Part shown: piece after piece, positions 1-7,149 of the stretch
Layout of the letters: the number at the start of each line of letters is the position of its first letter
Numbering within the stretch: position 1 is the stretch's first letter
Program-made: the position numbers and the translations under genes
DNA from: an uncultured Acidobacteriota bacterium
GTDB lineage: Bacteria > Acidobacteriota > Terriglobia > Acidiferrales > UBA7541
DNA: 64,000 nucleotides
Direction: 5' to 3'
NCBI GenBank assembly: GCA_963847505.1
Contig: CAWJZY010000002.1
Coordinates: 2,367,137 to 2,431,136, forward strand
The notes under the pieces: model-generated
Seen by the model: only the letters and a program-made list of their open reading frames with translations
The model's database searches: none
Told to the model about the DNA's origin: nothing

Positions 1-503
1 TACTCGAAGCCGGCTGCCGTTACGTGATCCTGGGGCACAGCGAGCGCAGACATATTTTTGGCGAAACAAATGAAATCGTGGCGAAAAAACTTCACATGGC
101 GCTGGAAGCGGGCCTGATCCCCATTGTTTGCGTGGGAGAGACGCTTGACGAGCGCAACCGGAACGAAACGGAGGCAGTGCTCTCCCGCCAGTTCCATGGC
201 GCGGTGGACGCGTTGACCGCCGAGCAATTTTCCCGTATTCTGCTTGCATACGAGCCTGTGTGGGCCATTGGCACCGGGCGCACGTCCACACCGGAAATGG
301 CGGGGGATGCGCACCGGTTCCTGCGCAATGAGTCCGGCAGCCGATTTACCAGCGAACGCGCCGCTGACTTGCGGATTCTTTACGGCGGCAGCGTAAAGCC
401 CGATAGCATTCGGGGCCTAATGGCGCAGTTGGAAATTGATGGCGCGCTGGTCGGCGGGGCAAGTCTGGATGCCACCTCGTTTGCGGCCATCGTGAATTTT
501 TGA
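1..503 (+). CDS. tpiA: triose-phosphate isomerase, C-terminal part (5' end outside window; codon phase starts at nt 3)
   Basis: Frame entering at the window edge reads LEAGCRYVILGHSERR...LAYEPVWAIGTGRT...ILYGGSVKP, matching the TIM catalytic and phosphate-loop motifs. It is followed by secG, a common arrangement. Confidence 0.95.
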   Translation, partial: LEAGCRYVILGHSERRHIFGETNEIVAKKLHMALEAGLIPIVCVGETLDERNRNETEAVLSRQFHGAVDALTAEQFSRILLAYEPVWAIGTGRTSTPEMAGDAHRFLRNESGSRFTSERAADLRILYGGSVKPDSIRGLMAQLEIDGALVGGASLDATSFAAIVNF

Positions 504-552
504 ACGCGAACAAATTATTGGAGCGGGAATTCTTTAACGGGAGCAACATCAA

Positions 553-963
553 ATGCCAGTCGAAGTGAAGTGGGCAATTTCATTCGTGATCGGAGGGCTC
601 ATACTGGCCCTTGGTTGGAGGGTGCCCATCTTCCTCCATATTTTTTACGTCATCGTATGCTTTGTGCTTTCAATCGTAGTGCTGCTGCAGAGCGGTTCGG
701 CTGCGGATTTGGCCGGAGCATTCGGCGGCGCTGGCAGCCAGACGGCTTTCGGTCCGCGCGGCGCCGCGACGTTTCTTTCCAAGGCTACTGCCTGGTGCGC
801 CGTGATGTTCATGATTACCTCACTAGTATTGGTCAAAGTTCGCCCGGAGAATTCGATTATTGGCCACTCGGTTCTTCAAAATATCAGCAAGCCGGCATCG
901 TCGGCGCCCGCGCCGCCAAAGCCCGCGCCGTTGCCTCCGTTGACTCCTCCTCCGGGCCGCTAA
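553..963 (+). CDS. secG: preprotein translocase subunit SecG
   Basis: 136-aa ORF right after tpiA with two hydrophobic helices and the SecG-like [24 protein letters not shown] segment, plus a Pro/Ala-rich tail. GGGAG lies about 9 nt upstream of the ATG. Confidence 0.85.
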   Translation: MPVEVKWAISFVIGGLILALGWRVPIFLHIFYVIVCFVLSIVVLLQSGSAADLAGAFGGAGSQTAFGPRGAATFLSKATAWCAVMFMITSLVLVKVRPENSIIGHSVLQNISKPASSAPAPPKPAPLPPLTPPPGR

Positions 964-1048
964 ATAGCGGCTCACGTTTACTTGCCAACCAGGCCTGTGC
1001 TTGCTCACCACACGTGCTCAGGATAGAATCAACGCCTGACACTCCCGT

Positions 1049-1133
1049 GCGGAAGTGGCGGAACTGGCAGACGCACCATCTTGAGGGGGTGGCGCCGTAA
1101 GGTGTGAGGGTTCGAATCCCTCCTTCCGCACCA
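1049..1133 (+). tRNA. tRNA-Leu, anticodon GAG, with encoded CCA
   Basis: Folds by hand into a cloverleaf. Acceptor GCGGAAG/CTTCCGC, anticodon stem CCATC/GGTGG with loop TTGAGGG (anticodon GAG), long variable arm CGCC-GTAA-GGTG, T arm GAGGG-TTCGAAT-CCCTC, discriminator A + CCA. secG followed by tRNA-Leu(GAG) is also the E. coli secG-leuU arrangement. Confidence 0.9.
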
Positions 1134-1156
1134 AGTTTTCGGCAACCATAAATCTG

Positions 1157-1732
1157 ATGCAGATCAGCCTTGCCGAACTCGTCTCCGACATTACTGACGC
1201 CGCGGTCTCCCTCGATTCGTCGCGGGAGTGTTTTCGTGGATACCGTCCCGGGATCGGTCCGTACGGGGAACCTCAGCTCGTAAAGCGCATCGCAACATAC
1301 CTCAACCAACTGCCCAGATATGATTCTTCGGCGCAAACAAAGAGATCTCCTGACTTGCTTATTCCTGGGAAATGGGCAATTGAATTCAAGATAACTCGCC
1401 CGTTCGGGGACAATGATCAAGAGGCGGAAAACTGGTCGGTCAATCTTTTGCATCCTTACTCTGGTAATGTGAGCAGTATCGGTGATTGCATCAAGCTTGC
1501 CACGCTCAAAGGTTCGGAACGAAAGGCAGTGATTGTTATAGGTTATGAGCACGACCCTCCAAGGATTGATCTAAAGCGTCTTATAGATTCGTTTGAAACC
1601 ATTGCAAGTCGAGTGGCTGGCATCGGTCTGTCGGCGCGAGTGGAAACTCGGTCACCAGGGCTAGTACATCCCGTGCATCAGGTGCTTCGAGTATTCGCTT
1701 GGGAGGTCTTGGTGGCTCAAAAGTCTCTCTGA
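1157..1732 (+). CDS. hypothetical protein with a PD-(D/E)xK nuclease-like motif
   Basis: 191-aa ORF 24 nt after the tRNA. It contains ...GEPQL...SPDLLIPGKWAIEFKI..., i.e. E...PD...ExK in the order typical of the restriction-endonuclease-like fold. No neighbouring methyltransferase. The local sequence is visibly more AT-rich than its flanks. Confidence 0.6.
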   Translation: MQISLAELVSDITDAAVSLDSSRECFRGYRPGIGPYGEPQLVKRIATYLNQLPRYDSSAQTKRSPDLLIPGKWAIEFKITRPFGDNDQEAENWSVNLLHPYSGNVSSIGDCIKLATLKGSERKAVIVIGYEHDPPRIDLKRLIDSFETIASRVAGIGLSARVETRSPGLVHPVHQVLRVFAWEVLVAQKSL

Positions 1733-1854
1733 TATGTCCGACCATCGGCACTCGAAGTCGATAGCCGACGGCCGCCGTGGGACTCTCTTCTGCGGGCGAA
1801 ACACTTTTTTCTCGAATCGATCATCCTTTTCATAACCTAAACGATTGGGTTTTA

Positions 1855-1863
1855 TGCTAGAAT
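1855..1863 (+). promoter_or_regulatory. candidate extended -10 promoter (TGcTAGAAT) giving a leaderless transcript for the DUF4160 gene
   Basis: TGCTAGAAT at 1855-1863. The ATG at 1870 is 6 nt after the hexamer and has no Shine-Dalgarno sequence. The -35 is poor (ACCTAA). Confidence 0.35.
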
Positions 1864-1869
1864 GAACTC

Positions 1870-2118
1870 ATGCCGGCGGTTCTCAGGTTTGACGGACTGC
1901 GCGTCGTGATCTATCCAAACGATCATAGGCCATCTCATGTCCATGTGATCGGGCGCGGCCATGAAGCAGGGTTCAGGTTGAACTGCGCGGCGGGACCGGT
2001 TGAGCTTCGCGAGAACTATGGGTTTTCAAAGCGAGAATTAGGGCACATCAAAAGTGTTTTGACAGCGCATTTGGGAAGACTTTGCCGAGCATGGGAGGAG
2101 TTTCATGGAACTGCATGA
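1870..2118 (+). CDS. DUF4160-family small protein
   Basis: 82 aa. The N-terminal pattern RFDGLRVVIYPNDHRPSHVHV matches my recollection of the DUF4160 signature (I.F.NDH.PPH.H). It overlaps the next gene by 14 nt. Confidence 0.75.
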   Translation: MPAVLRFDGLRVVIYPNDHRPSHVHVIGRGHEAGFRLNCAAGPVELRENYGFSKRELGHIKSVLTAHLGRLCRAWEEFHGTA

Positions 2119-2518
2119 CAGTTTTGAACTGGCAAATCAACGGGCTAAGGAAATGCGAGAAACTCTTCCGAGGGCCGTCTCTGCGCATTACGATGTCAAA
2201 AGTGGCCGCATTGTTATCAATCTCAGCTCGAAGCTGACTTTGAGCTTCTCACCGCGCGATGCGCAGGGGCTAGAAAACGCCAAATCGTCTCAACTCGACG
2301 AAATTGAAATCACTCCTTCGGGTTTTGGAATTCATTTTCCCAAGCTGGATGCCGACCTCCACGTGCTGGGACTCTTAGAGGGATTTCTCGGCTCAAAGAA
2401 ATGGATGGCTGCCAGACTTGGTCATATCGGCGGCCAATCCAGAAGCAGGGCAAAAAGAGCGGCTTCCAGATCGAATGGGAAACTGGGAGGAAGGCCTAAG
2501 AATGCGGCTCGCGGTTAG
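2105..2518 (+). CDS. DUF2442-family small protein with a basic C-terminal tail
   Basis: 137 aa. The core GRIVINLSSKLTLSFSPRDAQGLENAKSSQLDEIEITPSGFGIHFPKLDADL resembles DUF2442. The tail is KRAASRSNGKLGGRPKNA. It is the usual partner of DUF4160 genes. Confidence 0.7.
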   Translation: MELHDSFELANQRAKEMRETLPRAVSAHYDVKSGRIVINLSSKLTLSFSPRDAQGLENAKSSQLDEIEITPSGFGIHFPKLDADLHVLGLLEGFLGSKKWMAARLGHIGGQSRSRAKRAASRSNGKLGGRPKNAARG

Positions 2519-2678
2519 GTGTTTGGACACCGTGCCGCATCCAACCGGCGCCCCATTCTTCCTTGGATCTCCAAAACGAGACCAACCCTGCTCGCAAAGC
2601 ATCTTACATTTGTAGGGCAACGGACACTGGCATGGATCCGGATTGTTGCTTCAGTGCCGCATCAAAGGAGGCTGAGTA

Positions 2679-2939
2679 ATGCGCCGATTACCTCGCTATA
2701 TTGGATCACTTTTCCTGGCAGCCGCACTGATTACACCGGTGGCCGTCACGAGCTGCGCCGGGCACGCAGGGGTCTACGATGAGTCGCACGGTGACTACCA
2801 CAACTGGGATGGCCACGAGGAGACTGTCTACAAGGGATATTTATCGGATAACCACAAAGACTATACGCCCTACAAACAATTGAACAAAAATGATCAGAAA
2901 AGCTACTGGGACTGGCGCCACAACAATCCAAATAAGTAA
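2679..2939 (+). CDS. small putative lipoprotein rich in His/Asp/Tyr/Trp
   Basis: AAAGGAGG lies 8 nt upstream of the ATG. Signal peptide with lipobox-like VTSC, then a mature part HGDYHNWDGHEETVYKGYLSDNHKDYTPYKQLNKNDQKSYWDWRHNNPNK. Confidence 0.6.
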   Translation: MRRLPRYIGSLFLAAALITPVAVTSCAGHAGVYDESHGDYHNWDGHEETVYKGYLSDNHKDYTPYKQLNKNDQKSYWDWRHNNPNK

Positions 2940-3037
2940 GCTCATGTGTCACGACTAGGATGGAACGCTTCCCCAAGATTTCGCGTTGCATCCTGCTCGT
3001 TCCTTACAACATTTGCCCGGTAAAACCGGGCCACGTT

Positions 3038-4093
3038 TTACCGGCGGCCCGAGCTAACGGCGGATACTTTCGCCTCCGGCCGGATTACTTCCTCCGCGAA
3101 GCGTTCCATTTCCTCGAGTTGTGGACTGGATTGCAGCAGCAATAAATCCACTCCCGCGGCTTCAAATTCCGCCACGCGCTCGGCCACTTGATCTCCGGTG
3201 CCGATTAATCCCGAGCCCAGTCCGCGATTTGACACCGAATAGTCTTCCAGAGAAACGCGCTTTTCGAGCTGAGTTCCGGCAAGCCACTGCTGATAATTTT
3301 GGTAGCCCGCGGCGTTCTGCTTGACGTCCGTAATGCGCCTTCGCTCCGCCTCGGCTTCTTCGGTTGTGTCGCGGACAATGGTGTATCCGGCGACGCCAAA
3401 GATCATCGGCGGAAGGCCGAGTCTCTCGCGGCGTTGGCGCAAGTCCGCGATTTTTTCGGCCACGCGTTCCGGCGGGTCACCGTGCATCAAGTACCCGTCG
3501 CACTTTGCCGCGATCAGTTCTTTCGCGGTTTCGGATTCCCCGCCCGCATAGACGGTCGGGCGCGGCTGCGAAACGGGTTTCGGCTGCAAAATATTTTCCT
3601 GCACGCGGTAATGTTTCCCGCTGAAAGAAAAATTATCCTGCTTCCATACGCCATCCACGACGTCGAGCCATTCGCTCGTGCGCGCGTAGCGGTCATCGTG
3701 CTGCTCGAATTCCACACCGTATTTGCGGGCTTCGTCCGCCCACCAGGAAGAAACCACGTTCAGCGAAATGCGCCCGCCACTGATGTGGTCAATGTTCGCC
3801 GCCTGTTTCGCGAGCAGCGCGGGCAGATGAAATGTTGGGCGCACCGCGACCATCAGCTCGAGCCGTGAAGTCACCGCCGCCAGCGCCGCGGCCGTGGACC
3901 AGGCATCGAGCGACGGCGCCTGCGGGCCCTTAATGTCATTCAAATGAAGTTCCGCGAGCAGCGTCACGTCGTAGCCGATTTCTTCGCTTCGCTGCGCAAG
4001 CTTCTTGATGTACGGCCACGTCGCTTCCATGTTTTCGTCACCAACGTTCCGCAGCCACCCTCCAAAAACAGGCATCCAATAGCCGTATCGCAT
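3038..4093 (-). CDS. luciferase-like (LLM class) flavin-dependent monooxygenase, SsuD/SfnG-like by motif pattern
   Basis: 351 aa with YGYWMPVFGGW..., GGRISLNVVSSWW..., HDDRYARTSEWL..., DNFSFSGKHY..., GLIGTGDQVAERVAEFEAAGVDLLLL. This is the characteristic LLM TIM-barrel pattern. The start overlaps the upstream stop (TAATG). Confidence 0.88.
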   Translation of the reverse strand: MRYGYWMPVFGGWLRNVGDENMEATWPYIKKLAQRSEEIGYDVTLLAELHLNDIKGPQAPSLDAWSTAAALAAVTSRLELMVAVRPTFHLPALLAKQAANIDHISGGRISLNVVSSWWADEARKYGVEFEQHDDRYARTSEWLDVVDGVWKQDNFSFSGKHYRVQENILQPKPVSQPRPTVYAGGESETAKELIAAKCDGYLMHGDPPERVAEKIADLRQRRERLGLPPMIFGVAGYTIVRDTTEEAEAERRRITDVKQNAAGYQNYQQWLAGTQLEKRVSLEDYSVSNRGLGSGLIGTGDQVAERVAEFEAAGVDLLLLQSSPQLEEMERFAEEVIRPEAKVSAVSSGRR

Positions 4094-5052
4094 TACCGTG
4101 CCTCCCGTTCCAGGTAATCCGCCAGCAATGCGTGCGGATCCAATCCCACCACGCGTGGCGCATCGGCCACGAAATTTGAAAGCGCATTCACATCGTAGTA
4201 GTAGAGTTTGCCATCGCGATCATCCACGATATATTCCACGCCGCCCACTTCGATTCCCGCCTTCTGCATGATCCGCTCGACAGCCGAAATCACCTCGGGC
4301 GGAGGCGTGTAGCCTTCCACCTTCAACCCGGTCTTCGCCGCGTTTACAGGACAGGCGTTTCGCGTCAGCTCTTTGCCATCCGTTGTTTGGCAAATGTCTG
4401 CGGGGCACAGGTTGTAGCCCTCGCCGGAAAGGTGAACGCGAATCGCGTAGATATACTTTCCGCCAACTACTTCAACTCGAGTGATGAACCCACCGCGCGC
4501 CGGAATGAACTCCTGCACCAGGCCGATGTTGTCTATTCCCAGATCAATCTCGTTATTGGCCGCGGCGCGCTCCAGCGTTTCCATGCTGTCAAATCGCGTG
4601 ACGCCCGCGCCGCTGCCTCCGATATTCGGTTTGACAACGACAGGGAAGCGCAGTTCGCGCGCTGCGGCTGGCGCCTGTGCGGCGCGGTGAATCACTCGTG
4701 CCCGCGGGTAGGGAAGTCCCAGGGATTCAAGCAGAGAAAGCTGCAGCGCCTTCGATGTTTCGTAAGTAAACGCGCGGTGTCCATTCACTACGCGCGTGCC
4801 CGTATCTTCCAGGTGCTTCAGGTAACTGAGGGTGTAGAAAATCGTGTCGCCGTTCCCGCGCAGATAAGCCGAAGGGCTCATGCGGTTAAATACCAGCGAG
4901 TACTTGTCCTTGCTGTCTCCGGCGTCGTAGTCATGTGTCTGCGCTTGCACGCGGACATAGTTCGTTCCCCGCTTGTCCAGCTCTGTAAACAGGGGCCGGA
5001 ACCAGTCCGGATGCTCGTGGTAAATCGCTATCGGTTTGTTACTCGTTGCCAT
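4093..5052 (-). CDS. ATP-grasp domain protein (RimK/glutathione-synthetase-like ligase fold)
   Basis: Start trimmed from the track ORF (5220) to the ATG at 5052, which has GGAGAA 6 nt upstream. Contains RFPVVVKPNIGGSGAGV, GLVQEFIP, and GGVEYIVDDRDGKLYYYDVNALSNF, typical ATP-grasp P-loop and Mg-binding segments. Confidence 0.85.
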   Translation of the reverse strand: MATSNKPIAIYHEHPDWFRPLFTELDKRGTNYVRVQAQTHDYDAGDSKDKYSLVFNRMSPSAYLRGNGDTIFYTLSYLKHLEDTGTRVVNGHRAFTYETSKALQLSLLESLGLPYPRARVIHRAAQAPAAARELRFPVVVKPNIGGSGAGVTRFDSMETLERAAANNEIDLGIDNIGLVQEFIPARGGFITRVEVVGGKYIYAIRVHLSGEGYNLCPADICQTTDGKELTRNACPVNAAKTGLKVEGYTPPPEVISAVERIMQKAGIEVGGVEYIVDDRDGKLYYYDVNALSNFVADAPRVVGLDPHALLADYLEREAR

Positions 5053-5080
5053 GATCGCTTCTCCTTGGAATCTCGCCCGT

Positions 5081-5115
5081 AAAATAAAAAAAGGCCGCTC
5101 GGTGACGAGCGGCCT
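5081..5115 (-). terminator. rho-independent terminator on the minus strand, located upstream of the ATP-grasp start codon
   Basis: Minus strand reads AGGCCGCTCG-TCAC-CGAGCGGCCT (10-bp GC-rich stem, 4-nt loop) followed by TTTTTTTATTTT. The RBS and ATG at 5052 follow directly. Confidence 0.7.
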
Positions 5116-5330
5116 GGGAACTTTTAGATTTGGCTTAGACCTTAAATTATGTGGTCTCCCCGGCTGCTCGTGTTGTAGCTGCGCATGGCCATGCGACAAC
5201 ATGCGCACGAGCAAACGCACGCAATGACGGACGTAGCGACAATCGCCGGACTTGTGCTTTCGTTGGGGGCCATTGAATCGTTTCTCATATCGAGCAACCT
5301 AAGCATATCTCCGGTTGGCGCTTCCGTCAA
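5116..5330 (-). ncRNA. candidate structured 5' leader (riboswitch/attenuator) or small RNA ending at the 5081-5115 terminator
   Basis: Hand-found nested helices: 5319-5328/5226-5238 (10 bp with a 3-nt bulge), 5310-5314/5246-5250, 5301-5305/5255-5259. Hairpin 5180-5187/5200-5207. Segment 5157-5170 can pair 12/14 with the 5' arm of the terminator. Confidence 0.35.
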
Positions 5331-5468
5331 CTCGAACCAGTTGGAGGCACAGAGGATAGGTGGCTACCCGGTTAGGCCTTGACTCCAACGTCTGCTATGA
5401 TTCCCCCAACAGAACGGCTGTTCGCGCTCGGCGCGACGCTCCTGAAAAGGGGCTCTTGGGGGCCTTGA

Positions 5469-6989
5469 ATGAAAGTTCTCTTCGTCCATCCTAGCCCGCT
5501 GATGTTTTCGGAAATTTATTTAAGGCTTGAGCCGCTCGGGCTCGAGTTGGTTGCCGCAGCCGCGCGCCGCGCGGGGCATGATGTGCGCATCCTGGATTTA
5601 CAGGTTTTCCGGCACGCGGACTATTTCAGCGTGGTAGGCGATTGGAAGCCGGAGGCCATCGGGTTTTCGCTCAACTATTTGGCTAACATTCCCGAGGTTG
5701 TGGACCTCGCGAAACAAACGCATCTTAAGCGGCCGGAGTGTTTCATTTTTGCGGGAGGGCATAGCGCTTCCTTCACAGCCAAAGAAATTCTGAAGCACGC
5801 GGACGGAGCTATTTCCTGCGTGGTCCGCGGGGAAGGTGAAGGAATTGTCGAGGACGTGCTGGAAGCCGCAGGGGACTCACGCGCGCTTGGAAAACTTCCT
5901 GGAGTCGTTACACCCGATGCCGAGGGCCCGTCGCCCAAACTGGTTGAAAGTCTGGACATGTTGCGCCCAGCGCGCGACTTGATGGCCCGGCGGCGCAAAT
6001 ACTTTATCGGTGTGATGGATCCCTGCGCATCCATCGAGTTCACCCGGGGCTGCCCGTGGGATTGTGTTTTCTGCAGCGCGTGGACGTTTTATGGACGCAA
6101 TTACAGGAAGCTTGACCCGGTGGCGGCAGCCGAAGATCTGGCCAGCATTAAAGAGCCCGGCGTGTTCATTGTTGACGACGTGGCTTTCATCCAGTCCGAT
6201 CATGCCATGGCGCTTGCCGACGAGATCGAGAAACGCGGCATCAAGAAAATGTTTTACTTTGAAACGCGCGGCGATGTGCTTTTGCGCAACAAGGAAGTAT
6301 TCCGCCGGTGGAAGAAGCTCGGCCTCGAGTACATGTTCCTGGGCCTGGAAGCCATTGACGAAGAGGGATTGAAAGCGCATCGCAAACGAATCAGTCTTGG
6401 TAAGAACATGGAAGCGCTCGAGTGCGCGCGAGAAATGGACATTATGGCCGCGGTGAACATCATCGCGGATCCGGACTGGGACGAGCAGCGATTCGAAGTC
6501 ATCCGCAAGTGGGCGCTGGAAGTTCCTGAAATTGTCCACCTCACAGTCAACACGCCCTACCCTGGCACGGAGACCTGGCAAACCGAATCTCGCAATTTCA
6601 CGACGCGCGACTATCGTCTTTTCGACGTTCAGCACGCCGTGCTGCCCACGAAGCTTCCGCTTGACAAGTTTTACGGAGAGTTGGTGCGCACACAGCAAGT
6701 GCTCAACATGAAGCATCTGGGATGGAACGCCCTCCGGGATACGTTCAAGATTGCCGCCAAACTTCTGGCGAACGGGCAAACGAATTTTGTGAAAATGCTT
6801 TGGAAGTTTTCCAGCGTTTACAACGCGGAACGCCAGTTCCGCGAACACCAACAGCTCGTGAAATATCAAATCTCCCTGCCCGAGAATCCCGGGCAAAAAC
6901 TGGTCACCGCCAGTTCGCTTTACATACATCATCCCGAAGCCGTGCATACAAGAACTTCGGTTGCGCGGCCAGCGGAGACGGTTCAATAG
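5469..6989 (+). CDS. B12-binding-domain radical SAM protein (class B rSAM)
   Basis: 506 aa. N-terminal Rossmann-like cobalamin-binding region (MKVLFVHPSP...LGLELVAAAARRAGHDVRILD) and the radical SAM cluster motif FTRGCPWDCVFCSAW (CxxxCxxC). No C-terminal SPASM-type Cys cluster seen. Confidence 0.9.
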   Translation: MKVLFVHPSPLMFSEIYLRLEPLGLELVAAAARRAGHDVRILDLQVFRHADYFSVVGDWKPEAIGFSLNYLANIPEVVDLAKQTHLKRPECFIFAGGHSASFTAKEILKHADGAISCVVRGEGEGIVEDVLEAAGDSRALGKLPGVVTPDAEGPSPKLVESLDMLRPARDLMARRRKYFIGVMDPCASIEFTRGCPWDCVFCSAWTFYGRNYRKLDPVAAAEDLASIKEPGVFIVDDVAFIQSDHAMALADEIEKRGIKKMFYFETRGDVLLRNKEVFRRWKKLGLEYMFLGLEAIDEEGLKAHRKRISLGKNMEALECAREMDIMAAVNIIADPDWDEQRFEVIRKWALEVPEIVHLTVNTPYPGTETWQTESRNFTTRDYRLFDVQHAVLPTKLPLDKFYGELVRTQQVLNMKHLGWNALRDTFKIAAKLLANGQTNFVKMLWKFSSVYNAERQFREHQQLVKYQISLPENPGQKLVTASSLYIHHPEAVHTRTSVARPAETVQ

Positions 6990-7034
6990 TCAAGAAAAAT
7001 ATTCGTGGCAAAAATAAAAATGTTAGCTTAGCAG

Positions 7035-7062
7035 TTGCATATTTCGCGCGGATGTATATCAT
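7035..7062 (+). promoter_or_regulatory. candidate sigma-70-type promoter of the cytochrome oxidase operon
   Basis: TTGCAT-N16-TATCAT in the AT-rich spacer upstream of coxB. Sequence match only. Confidence 0.3.
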
Positions 7063-7149
7063 GTGGCCCTTCAAGCAGAGTCTTCTCGCGGTTCGGTGCG
7101 CAGTCGTGTGGTGGACGGCCCGGCCGGCCAAATTCATGGAGCGGAGGAG

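Noticed and set aside
570-1552. ORFs 570-1100 (+, 176 aa) and 884-1552 (-, 222 aa) running through secG, the tRNA and the PD-(D/E)xK gene
   Set aside because: Both read across the tRNA-Leu gene and compete with better-supported frames. Their compositions are Arg-rich.
2628-2649. TGGCAT...TTGC as a sigma-54 promoter upstream of the small lipoprotein gene
   Set aside because: The GG and GC elements are 19 nt apart instead of the 12 nt that my indexing of the -24/-12 consensus requires.
1134-3100. Search for an integrase gene or a direct repeat of the tRNA-Leu 3' end marking an intact genomic island
   Set aside because: Neither was found by eye, so no mobile_element feature is reported.
5185-5382. 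65-aa plus-strand ORF in the ATP-grasp/rSAM intergenic region as a possible precursor peptide for the rSAM enzyme
   Set aside because: No SD, and it is 86 nt away from the rSAM start. The region is better explained by base-paired structure on the other strand. Retained only as an unlikely alternative.
5877-6986. 369-aa minus-strand ORF antisense to the radical SAM gene
   Set aside because: The plus strand has the CxxxCxxC radical SAM motif and a B12-binding domain. The antisense translation is His/Arg/Phe-rich and low-complexity.
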